DNA of 43,609 nt from a virus, in the UHGV virus genome UHGV-0384350. One strand, written 5' to 3'. The notes under the pieces were generated by a model. The model saw only the letters and a program-made list of their open reading frames with translations, was not told the DNA's origin and searched no databases. Both the position numbers and the translations under genes were made by a program. Shown piece by piece: positions 8,055-17,371 of this stretch; within the stretch, counting starts at the first letter, position 1, and the number at the start of each line of letters is the position of its first letter.

Positions 8055-8992
8055 TGGAAAATGTAATGAATATCTATGAAGGTGTGGAAAACAGGCAGGT
8101 ATCCGGCAGAGGCGTGGGTACTGAGATGATGGTTTCCCGTCAGGCTCAGGAAGTACAGGCGGCAATGGTGATCGCCAAAAAGTTCCCCCGCAATGAGGTT
8201 GAAAGTTTCAACCGGATCATGCAGGCCTGCAAGCGCAGGAGCCTTGCAGAACAGGCTATGTATGAATATCCAAGAGGCACCACAAAGGTAACCGGGCCGT
8301 CTATCCGTCTGGCAGAGGCCATGGCTCAGAACTGGGGCAACATTGATTTCGGCATCACAGAGCTGGAGCAGAGAAGTGGGGAAAGCCAGGTCATGGCGTA
8401 TGCCTGGGATTTAGAGACCAATACCCGTCAGACTAAGATCTTTGCAGTGCCCCATGTGCGAAGCACAAAGCAGGGGAATAAGGTACTGACGGATCCGAGG
8501 GATATCTATGAGATGATCGCAAACCAGGGCGCAAGGCGGCTCCGTGCGTGTATCCTGGGTGTGATCCCCGGAGATGTGATCGATGCAGCTATCGCCCAGT
8601 GCGAGGCAACGCTGACAGACAGTAATGGAGGCGTTCCGCTGGAAGACCTGATCCGTTCATCAACTGCTACTCTTCAGGAAAAGTACGGGATAACCATTCC
8701 GATGATCGAGGCTTACATAGGCTGCAATGTCAAGAGCTTTACCATGAATGACCTGATGCGTCTGAAACGGGTGTACAAGTCCCTGGAGGACGGCATGGCA
8801 AAGCGGGAGGATTATTTTGATCTGTCAGACCATTCCCAGGATGCAGCACCAGAGGTCAATAACCCATTTGAAAAGGATTCAGGAAAGCCTTCCGGGAAGA
8901 AAAAAGCCGAAAAAGCGAAAGAAGCTGAAAAGCCGCAGGCAGAAGCCGGAACTCAGCCGCCGGATGAAATCCCGGAGACCCCGTTCCGGTAG
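8051..8992 (+). CDS. Putative single-strand annealing recombinase (RecT/Bet-like)
   Basis: The size and the position directly upstream of a PD-(D/E)XK exonuclease fit a two-component recombination module. It has a Lys/Glu-rich C-terminal tail. The family assignment comes from context and weak motif recognition only. Confidence 0.45.
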   Translation: MMENVMNIYEGVENRQVSGRGVGTEMMVSRQAQEVQAAMVIAKKFPRNEVESFNRIMQACKRRSLAEQAMYEYPRGTTKVTGPSIRLAEAMAQNWGNIDFGITELEQRSGESQVMAYAWDLETNTRQTKIFAVPHVRSTKQGNKVLTDPRDIYEMIANQGARRLRACILGVIPGDVIDAAIAQCEATLTDSNGGVPLEDLIRSSTATLQEKYGITIPMIEAYIGCNVKSFTMNDLMRLKRVYKSLEDGMAKREDYFDLSDHSQDAAPEVNNPFEKDSGKPSGKKKAEKAKEAEKPQAEAGTQPPDEIPETPFR

Positions 8993-9001
8993 AAGGAGTG
9001 A

Positions 9002-9742
9002 GTGATGGTACTTACAGAGCATAATTATTATGGGAAAGAAGCAAATGAATGCTTCTTCTCCGTTTCCCAGTACAAGGATTTTATGAAGTGCGAGGCCATG
9101 GCCATGGCGAAGATCCACGGGGAATATGAGAGACCTGTCACCAGGGCGCTGTTGGTCGGCTCGTTTGTGGACTCCTATTTTGAGGGGACGCTGCCGGAGT
9201 TTATGAAAGAGAATCCCGGAATATACACCCGTAAGAATGAGCTTAAAAGCGAGTTCAGAAAAGCCAATGAGATCATTGGACGGGTGAAGTCAGATCCTTT
9301 GTTTATGCAGTTCATGGGAGGGGAAAAGCAGGCCATTATGACCTTTGACCTGTTTGGGGTTCCATGGAAGATCAAGATGGACAGCTATCTGCCGGGGGTC
9401 TGCATCACAGACCTTAAGGTAGTGGCAAATTTCAAAAGCCTCCCCCTCTGGCGGTATGACCTGCAGGGGGCTGTCTATCAGGCCGGCGTGCTTGCCGTGA
9501 CGGATGAGCGGCTTCCGTTTTATCTGGCGGCGGCAACCAAGGAGCGTGTGGTTGATCTGGATATATTCCAGATCCCGCAGACCACCTTAAACCTCGCACT
9601 GGATGAGATCCGGTATAACATAGACCATTTTGCGGAGGTCAAGGCTGGTCTGGTCCCACCGAAATACTGTGGAAAATGTGATTACTGTAAATCTATAAAA
9701 GCGGCTGCCATCCGCAGTTACAATGAACTTTTGGACATATAA
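9002..9742 (+). CDS. PD-(D/E)XK-family exonuclease (Cas4/YqaJ-like, with Cys cluster)
   Basis: It has a D...ITDLK motif and a C-terminal CGKCDYC cysteine cluster plus an N-terminal Cys. It is paired with the upstream recombinase. Confidence 0.55.
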   Translation: MMVLTEHNYYGKEANECFFSVSQYKDFMKCEAMAMAKIHGEYERPVTRALLVGSFVDSYFEGTLPEFMKENPGIYTRKNELKSEFRKANEIIGRVKSDPLFMQFMGGEKQAIMTFDLFGVPWKIKMDSYLPGVCITDLKVVANFKSLPLWRYDLQGAVYQAGVLAVTDERLPFYLAAATKERVVDLDIFQIPQTTLNLALDEIRYNIDHFAEVKAGLVPPKYCGKCDYCKSIKAAAIRSYNELLDI

Positions 9743-9747
9743 GGAGC

Positions 9748-11304
9748 ATGGACATGAAACTGGTAAAAATATTGACAGACCGGGTGCAGATCCGGACGAA
9801 CCTGGCGGAATTTAAGGATATCCGGATCAATGACCTCATGAAGGTATCGGACGGGAAGGCTGCCCTTGTGACAATGGTTACGGGCCTTACGGATACGGAC
9901 GGAGAGGAACGCATCGGGGAAGAGGATTTCCTGGCAGAGATTACAGGCGTAAAGAGCATTGACTGCACGATCATCGGAAGCCTTAAGGATGGGAAATTTT
10001 TAAAAGCCATCGACACATACCCGACTACCTATGTGCAGATCGAGCAGATCGGGGCGGAAGAGTTCGAGCGAATGATCGCAGGCCCGGAAGGTTCCGGTTT
10101 CCGGATCGGGGAGTATGCATCCTATGGCTGCGGGGCCTGGGTGGATGGAAATAAGTTTTTCCAGCGCCACGCCTGTATTGTGGGAAATACCGGCTCCGGT
10201 AAATCGGAGACCGTGGCAAAAATCCTGGAAGAGACTGCAAAGCTTCCGGGGGCCAACATAATTGTATTTGATATCCATGGAGAGTACAGCAGCCTTTCCT
10301 ATGCATCCAATATCCGGATCGGTGAGGAGTTCCACTTCCCGGTATGGATGTTCGGTTTTCAGGATATTGTGGCGAATATTCTTAAAATCCGGGAAGAATC
10401 CGCCACCACAGTTATGACAGCGCTCAGGAAAGCCTATTATGCGGTATGCCCGGAAGGGAAAGAGAATAAGCCGGTGTATTTCAGTTACAGGGCACTGATC
10501 CAGAAAATGGAGGAGATGGACAGCCAGGTGACAGGGACCGGGGAGTATTACAAAACCGGTGATAAGGCAGGAATGCCCAAAATGGTTAAGGGGGAGTACA
10601 ATGGCAAGCTTACAGGCACGGTGAACCTCCTGAGGGACCGGATGCTGGACAGCCGTTATGGTTTCCTCTTCCACGGGGAGCCGCAGTCCTACCTTTACGA
10701 TCTGGCGGAGGCACTTTTAGGAGGGGACAAGCCTGTAAAGAACATAGACCTTTCTGCCGTTCCCCATGATGTGGCGCTGACGATCATCGGAGTGCTGACA
10801 AGGCTGGTTTTTGACTTGCAGCGTGAGCAGGATATGGACCATATCCGCCCGGTGACGATCGTATGTGATGAGGCACATGTATATATACCTGATAATTTCC
10901 AGCTGACGGCCAGCCAGCGCCGCATGGTGGAGGTGTTTGAGGACATCGCCAAGGAAGGCCGCAAGTTTGGGATCACGCTTTTCCCGGCGACCCAGAGGCC
11001 CTCGGAGCTTAACCGGACCATCGTGGCCCAGTGTGCCAACATGATTATCGGCAAGCTTAATAATGACAATGACAAACAGCTCATTAAGGGGATGCTTCCG
11101 GACGGGGATGACCAGATCATAGATTCGGTTACGATGTTCAACCCGGGTGAGGTTCTGATCGTTGGGGATGCGGTGCCAATCCCGCTTAAGATTAAGGTGG
11201 AGCTTGCAAAGGAGCGCCCGGTATCCCGTACGGTTGATTTCTGGGATGAGTGGAGCCGGGGCCGTGATGTAGATGTGACAGAGCTGGTAGACCGGTATCT
11301 GTGA
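9748..11304 (+). CDS. HerA/FtsK-like P-loop ATPase (DUF87-type), replication/recombination module
   Basis: The Walker A motif is GNTGSGKSE, and the Walker B region is IVCDEAH. Confidence 0.6.
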   Translation: MDMKLVKILTDRVQIRTNLAEFKDIRINDLMKVSDGKAALVTMVTGLTDTDGEERIGEEDFLAEITGVKSIDCTIIGSLKDGKFLKAIDTYPTTYVQIEQIGAEEFERMIAGPEGSGFRIGEYASYGCGAWVDGNKFFQRHACIVGNTGSGKSETVAKILEETAKLPGANIIVFDIHGEYSSLSYASNIRIGEEFHFPVWMFGFQDIVANILKIREESATTVMTALRKAYYAVCPEGKENKPVYFSYRALIQKMEEMDSQVTGTGEYYKTGDKAGMPKMVKGEYNGKLTGTVNLLRDRMLDSRYGFLFHGEPQSYLYDLAEALLGGDKPVKNIDLSAVPHDVALTIIGVLTRLVFDLQREQDMDHIRPVTIVCDEAHVYIPDNFQLTASQRRMVEVFEDIAKEGRKFGITLFPATQRPSELNRTIVAQCANMIIGKLNNDNDKQLIKGMLPDGDDQIIDSVTMFNPGEVLIVGDAVPIPLKIKVELAKERPVSRTVDFWDEWSRGRDVDVTELVDRYL

Positions 11305-11434
11305 AAGGAGGTGGTTCCTCCAAAAATAAAATATAGTTACATACCTTTTGGTGGGATTTGATATGTCACGGTATTAAATGACCTGAGGTGTTGGCCGGGG
11401 CGGCCGGGTTTGTACCTTTTGACCGCCGCCCTTT

Positions 11435-11791
11435 TTGAAAGGTAATAGCGTGGGAAGATCACAGAGAGAGAAAGGCAAGCGCGGGGAGCGTGAGCTGGCA
11501 GGGCTTTTGAGGGAGTACGGTTATGACTGCCGCAGGGGCCAGCAGTATTGCGGGGCCTCCGGTGATGCGGACGTGGTAGGGCTCCCGGGTATCCATATAG
11601 AGTGCAAGAGGGTAGAGAAGCTGAACCTTCTGGATGCAGTATCACAGGCGGTCAGAGACGCCGCCAAAGGGCTTCTGCCGGCGGTATTCCACAGGAAAGA
11701 CCGGTGTGAATGGCTGGTGACGATGCGGCTAGAAGACTGGATCCAGATATACAGGGAGTGGGAAGCAGGCAGGGAGATAGACAGCAGGTGA
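11435..11791 (+). CDS. Putative PD-(D/E)XK Holliday-junction-resolvase-like nuclease
   Basis: It has a G..GERE ... DADVVGLPGIHIECK pattern. The start is uncertain (TTG at 11435 or GTG at 11450). Confidence 0.35.
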   Translation: MKGNSVGRSQREKGKRGERELAGLLREYGYDCRRGQQYCGASGDADVVGLPGIHIECKRVEKLNLLDAVSQAVRDAAKGLLPAVFHRKDRCEWLVTMRLEDWIQIYREWEAGREIDSR

Positions 11792-11795
11792 AAAC

Positions 11796-12530
11796 ATGAA
11801 TTACATAGCCATAATCAATTCTTTCTGGGATTCGGCCACGACAAATCCGTTGTCTACAGGGCAGGTGTCGTTATATTTTGCGTTATTGCATGTATGCAAC
11901 AGAAGCAACTGGACAGAGTGGTTTCAAGCGCCGAATCAAGTGCTGTCAGTACTGACGGGAATGAGCAGGTCAGGAATACTGAAAGCGAGAAATGAATTAA
12001 AACAAAGAGGGCTGATTGATTTCCGGGAAAGGGGAACCAAGACGACAGTGTACTGTATCACTATAGCAAATAGTAAGCAAGCTGGTATGCAAGATGGTGT
12101 GCAAAACAGTAATCAAAACAGTATGCAAGATGGTGTGCAAAACAGTAGCACATTATATAAACATAAACAAAAACAAAACAATAAGAAAGATACTAACGTA
12201 TCAAAAGAACCCACCGACCCGTCAAAGGTGAAACATAAGCATGGTGAATACGGTCACGTCCTGTTGACGGACCAGGAGCTTGAAAAACTGACCAGCGAGT
12301 ACGGAACTTCCCTGACCACAGATGCTGTCCGGTACCTGGATGAGTATGTGGAAATGAAGGGGTACAAACACAAGAGCAGTTACCTGGCTATTAGGAAGTG
12401 GGTCATTGACGCAGCAAAACGGGAGAGGAGGGAAAAAGGTGGATGCTTTGGAGAAGATGATAAGCCGGATAAGAACAGAGAGGCAGGAAACTATCTTGAA
12501 AATGCCGGGGAAGATTTCACAGGGTTCTGA
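11796..12530 (+). CDS. Phage replication initiator / replisome organiser (DnaD-like C-terminal region)
   Basis: It lies immediately upstream of the DnaC-like loader. It contains an internal iteron-like DNA repeat. The C-terminal ...LTTDAVRYLDEYVEMKGYKHKSSYLAIRKWV... is DnaD-domain-like. Confidence 0.5.
   Translation: MNYIAIINSFWDSATTNPLSTGQVSLYFALLHVCNRSNWTEWFQAPNQVLSVLTGMSRSGILKARNELKQRGLIDFRERGTKTTVYCITIANSKQAGMQDGVQNSNQNSMQDGVQNSSTLYKHKQKQNNKKDTNVSKEPTDPSKVKHKHGEYGHVLLTDQELEKLTSEYGTSLTTDAVRYLDEYVEMKGYKHKSSYLAIRKWVIDAAKRERREKGGCFGEDDKPDKNREAGNYLENAGEDFTGF
12087..12147. repeat. Two direct 25-bp repeats (ATGCAAGATGGTGTGCAAAACAGTA) spaced 36 bp apart inside the replication initiator gene; putative origin iterons
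   Basis: The copies are exact, at 12087-12111 and 12123-12147. Confidence 0.45.
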
Positions 12531-13275
12531 ATGCTCTGAATGTCATGGGACTGGCTGGGTGTACTGGCGCGATGCGGAAGGCATAGAGTATGGACGCCGG
12601 TGTGAGTGCGGTCTGGTAGAACGCCAGATCATGGAGCGCAAGCTGTCTTTCGCTAATCTTCCAGAGGCTTTTGCAGACATGGAACTCAATACATTCTGTC
12701 TGGACGTGTACCGGAAAGAGGACAGCAGGAAAACGATAAGGCAGGCGTGTTCTGCGGTTAAATATTATCTGGATAATCTGAATGATATGAGATCTGCCGG
12801 AATGGGGCTGTACCTGTACTCTGATACAAAAGGGTCAGGTAAAACAAGGATGGCAGCCAGTATCGCAAATGAATTGATAAAAAAATACCGGATGCAGGTA
12901 AAATTTGCAGGTTCCGTGCAAATCGTCAATGAAATCAAAGCATCCTGGAGTAGCAGGGATGAAAACGAGAGCAGCCTTTTGTCAGCACTTGCAAGCGTAG
13001 ATGTTTTGGTGATTGATGATTTTGGCGCAGAGGTACCAAAAGACTGGATAGGAGAACGGTTTTATGCCATTATCAACGGGCGGTATCAGGATAAGCTGCC
13101 GACGATTTTTACCAGCAATTCCAACCTGGAGGATTTGCGGTATGATGAACGGATTGTAAACCGGATAAAGGAGCGAACCTATCAAATCCCGTTTCCAGAA
13201 GAATCAATCCGAGATGTAATTGCAGCAGAAAACCGGAAAGCTTTGATTTCCGGGATACAGAAAATGAGAAGATAA
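12457..13275 (+). CDS. DnaC/IstB-like AAA+ helicase loader
   Basis: The Walker A motif is SDTKGSGKTRMA, and the Walker B motif is VLVIDDFGAE. An N-terminal Cys4 zinc-binding motif is present. An RBS GGAGAAG precedes the ATG at 12457. Confidence 0.8.
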   Translation: MISRIRTERQETILKMPGKISQGSECSECHGTGWVYWRDAEGIEYGRRCECGLVERQIMERKLSFANLPEAFADMELNTFCLDVYRKEDSRKTIRQACSAVKYYLDNLNDMRSAGMGLYLYSDTKGSGKTRMAASIANELIKKYRMQVKFAGSVQIVNEIKASWSSRDENESSLLSALASVDVLVIDDFGAEVPKDWIGERFYAIINGRYQDKLPTIFTSNSNLEDLRYDERIVNRIKERTYQIPFPEESIRDVIAAENRKALISGIQKMRR

Positions 13276-13358
13276 AGCTGAGGAAGTGCAATGATGAGAG
13301 AGTGTTGTGGGTGGCATATCCATTATGGGTGTATGCCGTGCAGGAAAGAAAAAGAGCC

Positions 13359-13709
13359 ATGGAGAGATTAACACATCCCCGCAGTAGCGGGATCAAGACG
13401 GGATATTGGAGCCCAAACAAGAAAGATGAACTGATTGAGCGGTTGGCGGCATACGAGGATACCGGGCTGACACCGGAAGAAATCGAACGGCTTAAGGAGC
13501 AGCACCGCTGGATTCCCGTGGAGGAGAGACTGCCGGAAGGAACAGAAGACGATTACTGTCCAGAATTTAATGTAATGACAAAAGGCGCAGTTCAAGCAAC
13601 AACACTGAATTTTGCTCCGGATGGTACGTGGTTTGATGATTTCGGGCAAGGTTATTCCGTTATCGCCTGGATGCCGCTGCCGGAGCCGTATCAGGGCAAG
13701 AAAGGGTAA
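13359..13709 (+). CDS. Hypothetical phage protein (DUF551-like)
   Basis: The ORF has a conserved-looking Trp/Pro-rich C-terminus. Confidence 0.3.
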   Translation: MERLTHPRSSGIKTGYWSPNKKDELIERLAAYEDTGLTPEEIERLKEQHRWIPVEERLPEGTEDDYCPEFNVMTKGAVQATTLNFAPDGTWFDDFGQGYSVIAWMPLPEPYQGKKG

Positions 13710-13774
13710 GTTGTTGTAAACAGTTGTGGTATTAAACAAGTAGTTGTTGTATCGAGAGATTGGAGAAATAAAGC

Positions 13775-14020
13775 ATGAAGCCAGAAGAGGCCATTGATAT
13801 TATCAAGCGTATGCATAAGGGTGCGCCTACAACCGACCAGTATGAAGCTCTGGAACTGGCATATGAGGCATTGGAAAAACAAACTCCGAAGGTTGCTTTG
13901 CCAAGTTGTTGGGCAATGGGAGAAAAATACGAATGCCCTGAATGTGGTAGCGGGCTAAGAGATGCAGATCTGTTTGCAGGGCATTGCAAATGGTGTGGAC
14001 AGGCTATTAGAGAGAATTAA
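13775..14020 (+). CDS. Small zinc-ribbon protein (CPECGSG...CKWCGQ)
   Basis: It has an RBS GGAGAAATAAAGCATG and two CxxC pairs. Confidence 0.4.
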   Translation: MKPEEAIDIIKRMHKGAPTTDQYEALELAYEALEKQTPKVALPSCWAMGEKYECPECGSGLRDADLFAGHCKWCGQAIREN

Positions 14021-14034
14021 GATTTAGAGGAAAA

Positions 14035-14215
14035 TATGACAGATGAAGACAAGAAAGCGTATGCGGATAGAAAATGTCCGAAGAAATGTTTGAATTGTGA
14101 ACATCGGAAGATTATCACACATGGTGTTTTGCCATATAATTTTTGTAAAAAATTGAATGTATCATTTACCAAAAATGGACCAGATGATTTTTTGAATTGT
14201 ACAAAGTTAAACTGA
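14035..14215 (+). CDS. Small Cys-rich protein (59 aa; not in the ORF track)
   Basis: An RBS GAGGAAAATATG precedes the ORF MTDEDKKAYADRKCPKKCLNCEHRK..., which has 6 Cys. Confidence 0.3.
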
Positions 14216-14218
14216 GAT

Positions 14219-14434
14219 TTGGAGGAGAATATGTGTGATTGTATTAAAGAAATTTGTTACAAAATAAAAGAAGCTGGGGGATATGTAAATGTAGACCCTC
14301 CGGTAGAATTGCTTTCAGGTAGAGTGTATTTATCCTTTACTTGCAGAGAATTTGGAAAGAAAAGGACAAAGGAAATTCCTTTAATGTTATCAAAGTGTCC
14401 ATTTTGCGGAGAAGAATACAAACAAGAAAATTAA
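14219..14434 (+). CDS. Small Cys-rich (zinc-finger-like) protein
   Basis: It has an RBS GGAGGAGAATATG and CDC...CPFCG motifs. Confidence 0.35.
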   Translation: MEENMCDCIKEICYKIKEAGGYVNVDPPVELLSGRVYLSFTCREFGKKRTKEIPLMLSKCPFCGEEYKQEN

Positions 14435-14451
14435 GGTTTAGGAGATCAGCT

Positions 14452-14682
14452 ATGAATTTTATCAAAAAGTTGTTTTGCAAGCATAAAAACAGTGAAGTTA
14501 TTTGTTGGCATTGGACACATGGGCCAAATGGTAATGATATCAGATATTTAGAAATCCAGAGGAAATGTTCAGACTGTGGGAGATTTTTCTTTTCGTACAT
14601 AGAAAATCGGAATGATTGTGAAAAATTTGTTTCAAAATATCCAGATAAACAGTGGTCAAATAAATGCAAACCAGTTTTGTAA
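14452..14682 (+). CDS. Small Cys-rich protein
   Basis: It has an RBS AGGAGA and CKHK...CSDCG motifs. Confidence 0.35.
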   Translation: MNFIKKLFCKHKNSEVICWHWTHGPNGNDIRYLEIQRKCSDCGRFFFSYIENRNDCEKFVSKYPDKQWSNKCKPVL

Positions 14683-14711
14683 AACTGACATATAGCGGAG
14701 GAAGGGACAAT

Positions 14712-14915
14712 ATGAAAGATCTAAATAAGGCAATAGGAAAGGCAGCAGAGGCGTTTGCAAATCTGGTTAAAAGCATAGTAGAAATGGCACGATCACTTGC
14801 CAATATATTACTTCCTGTCTTAAAAAGTAATAACTGGCGGAAACTACACAGACTACCTATGAGGAGGCGAATGAGGCCATGTGGCAAAAGAAAAATCCAT
14901 ACCTGGAATACATGA
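14712..14915 (+). CDS. Hypothetical small basic protein
   Basis: An RBS GGAGGAAGG precedes the ATG at 14712. Confidence 0.3.
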   Translation: MKDLNKAIGKAAEAFANLVKSIVEMARSLANILLPVLKSNNWRKLHRLPMRRRMRPCGKRKIHTWNT

Positions 14916-15271
14916 TTGCCCTATTACGAGGGCAGAAAGAAGGGATGCAGCTTGGGGATTGTAAAATCAGAGGCCCAGAGACGAGTGAACCGACTACAGA
15001 GGGAGAGGGCAGTGGCAGCCAGTGACATGGATGCAATCCGGGGTCCGAAACTGGAGGTATGGTCCGCGCGGATGCCAGCGTATGCGTACACGTCGCTGTG
15101 CCCGGATGAGAGATACAGGAGGTAGAAAATTGAATGTACTTAAGAGCGTAGTGATTATCATGTGGGTCATAATAGGGACAATCAATTTGATGCGGCACAA
15201 TATAGACCGATGGGATTACCTCATGGTCTGGGGCTCCCTGATGGCGGTGCTGATGATTTGGAGGTGATGTT

Positions 15272-15502
15272 ATGCCGGGGCCAGTATATTATGACCTGTA
15301 TGATTGCGGGAAGCTTGTGGGGCGGTACAGTGGCATTGAGCTGCAAAAGAGATTCGGCTGGAAGTGTAGGCCTCAGGTCGATAAGTACAGCGACATGGGA
15401 ATCCTGTACCAGAAGCGGTACCTGATTGTCCGAGTGGATATGGAAACCTGGGCGGATGAGTGGAATGAGGCCAGACAGAGGATTTTGAGGGCGAGGAGGT
15501 GA
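15272..15502 (+). CDS. Hypothetical protein
   Basis: It has an RBS GGAGGTGA. Confidence 0.3.
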   Translation: MPGPVYYDLYDCGKLVGRYSGIELQKRFGWKCRPQVDKYSDMGILYQKRYLIVRVDMETWADEWNEARQRILRARR

Positions 15503-15507
15503 TACCG

Positions 15508-15933
15508 TTGAACAAGCAGATATTGGAGCAATACATAGATGCCTGTGAGCTGATTAAGGACACCAAGGATGAGATCCGGAAGCTGAGGAAGCACCGGAGC
15601 CAGATCCAGCAGGACAGTGTTAAGGGCTCTGCGCATGAGTTCCCTTACACGTTACAGACCTACCATCTGGAGGGGATTGGGTATGCAGCCGTTAAGGATC
15701 CGGATGAGCTGGAACGTATGGAAGTGCTGCTGGAGGAGCGGATCCGGAACGCAGAGAAGATTAAGCGTCAGGTGGAAGCATGGCTTAATACAATCTCACC
15801 CAGAATGCAGCGGATTATCCGGTACAGGATATTCGAGGAATTGACTTGGGCGCAAGTGGCGGTTCGGATGGGTCGGAAATCGACCCCAGACGGGATAAGG
15901 AAAGAATTTGAGGCCTTTATGAAGGCTGTGTAA
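15508..15933 (+). CDS. ArpU/RinA-family phage late transcriptional regulator (sigma70 region-4-like)
   Basis: The C-terminal RMQRIIRYRIFEELTWAQVAVRMG is a region-4-like HTH. It lies immediately upstream of the packaging module. Confidence 0.6.
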   Translation: MNKQILEQYIDACELIKDTKDEIRKLRKHRSQIQQDSVKGSAHEFPYTLQTYHLEGIGYAAVKDPDELERMEVLLEERIRNAEKIKRQVEAWLNTISPRMQRIIRYRIFEELTWAQVAVRMGRKSTPDGIRKEFEAFMKAV

Positions 15934-16105
15934 AGTTTTTCCGTTTTTTCCTGTTTTTCCGTTTTCAAAATGTTATAGTGTACCATGAAGCCAAAGGCAT
16001 ACAGCCGACGGCTTACACTTAAATCGACGGTCGCCAGGTGTCACAGCCGGGTGGCCGGTTCGTCTGGCTCTGGTTCCGGTCCAGGGCTGGACGCCCCCCT
16101 TCTTC

Positions 16106-16178
<73 letters not shown>

Positions 16179-16224
16179 TTAGCCTGGTTTAGGGATCTCC
16201 ACCCAGACGTTCCAGGCACAGAGA

Positions 16225-16292
16225 GACATCCTTGAGAGAGGGTGTCTTTTTGTTATGTATACATTGACATTAAAGAACATATGTTCTATACT
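16225..16292 (+). promoter_or_regulatory. Terminator-like hairpin followed by a consensus sigma70 promoter (TTGACA-17-TATACT) whose spacer holds the perfect 14-bp palindrome AGAACATATGTTCT
   Basis: The -35 is at 16264-16269, the -10 at 16287-16292 and the palindrome at 16274-16287. A second extended -10 (TGGTATAAT) lies near 16368-16376. Confidence 0.5.
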
Positions 16293-16409
16293 TTGAAATA
16301 TAAAGAGTCTACTTGTGAGATGTGTAATAATAGCAGGGGGATTTTTTGTATATTCTTTCCATGAAACGTGTGGTATAATGAAAAAAAACGTCGAAATGGA
16401 GAGGTCGAT

Positions 16410-17330
16410 ATGATTATATATTTTTCCAAAATCAATTTAGAATCTACAGAGCTTCTTGAAATGTATAAGAAAGAAGAGATGTTCGATACTATGAGAAAAT
16501 GTATTTTGTCTTTTCTTGAAAATGGAACAGAATATGAAACTGAAGGAAGCTTTAAATCTGATGATGGAGAAGTACATTTTACTAAGACAAAATATCGTTT
16601 ATCGATAGGGTTGAAAGATGATAGTTATGTGTCTGGCGTAATATATAAATCAGCTACGTTATATTATAAACGAATTAATGCTGCGACAGAAGAGGTAGAG
16701 TCCCATTCAATTCCAACGATTGAAGATATTAGATTCTATTTTGATGTAAATAGAGAAATTATTGGATTTCATACAAGAAGTAGGTTTGGTTATCAGGAGT
16801 TTAATAGGGCATTTTCTGGAATAATCAATATGTGTATGGAAAAAAATAATTCACCTCTTAGATTTTCAATATCGCTTTATAACGAGGGGATGGAAATTAA
16901 TGAAATTGAGCGAGAATTAAGAAATATAAAGAATATTAAAAGATTGGAGTTTAATTTTAGATTACCAAATCCGGCTGATGGAAATATGCTGGAGCAGTTA
17001 AATGCTGGATTGACAAATACGGCAGAACTAATGGAAGAAGCAAATGCGAATGCTATGAGTGTGATTTTTGATTCAAATGGTACCATTGGTTTAAATATTG
17101 ATTCTGGGGAAATTAGAGAAAATATTGAGAGAGTAGGTCACTTGTCAAAAGGAATTACGGATAAGGATGCTACTAAAAATGGATATGTTCGTGTTATAGC
17201 CACTGGTAAAGACGGTAAAAAATATACTACAGAAGAGCAGAAACCGATAAAAAGAGAAACTATTGGTGAAACGGCAGAAGAGTTCTTTTTGGCATGCAGA
17301 GATACTATTTTGAATATCTTTTCAAAGTAA
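16410..17330 (+). CDS. Hypothetical cytoplasmic protein (first gene of the AT-rich two-gene cassette); no recognisable family
   Basis: An RBS GGAGAGG precedes the ATG at 16410 (the ORF track starts it at 16368). Its composition is strongly AT-rich compared with the flanks. Confidence 0.55.
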   Translation: MIIYFSKINLESTELLEMYKKEEMFDTMRKCILSFLENGTEYETEGSFKSDDGEVHFTKTKYRLSIGLKDDSYVSGVIYKSATLYYKRINAATEEVESHSIPTIEDIRFYFDVNREIIGFHTRSRFGYQEFNRAFSGIINMCMEKNNSPLRFSISLYNEGMEINEIERELRNIKNIKRLEFNFRLPNPADGNMLEQLNAGLTNTAELMEEANANAMSVIFDSNGTIGLNIDSGEIRENIERVGHLSKGITDKDATKNGYVRVIATGKDGKKYTTEEQKPIKRETIGETAEEFFLACRDTILNIFSK

Positions 17331-17371
17331 AACTAAGGCCATTAATGAAGAGAGGGGAAGAGTGACGAAGA

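Noticed and set aside
7638-8165. A 175-aa minus-strand ORF overlapping several small early genes
   Set aside because: It is antisense to RBS-supported plus-strand genes. Its product is low-complexity and hydrophobic. It is most likely not coding.
10000-10674. A 224-aa ORF on the minus strand inside the HerA-like ATPase gene
   Set aside because: It is antisense to a well-supported gene. Its translation is Cys/His/Pro-rich and low-complexity, as is typical of spurious antisense ORFs in GC-rich coding DNA. It has no RBS.
11305-11345. The hairpin GGAGGTGGTTCCTCC after the ATPase gene, considered as a terminator
   Set aside because: It is followed by an A-run rather than a T-run on the coding strand, so it is not a convincing intrinsic terminator.
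12061-12150. The direct repeats considered as a CRISPR array
   Set aside because: There are only two copies, the spacer is 11 bp, they are in frame inside a protein gene, and there are no cas genes. They are iteron-like instead.
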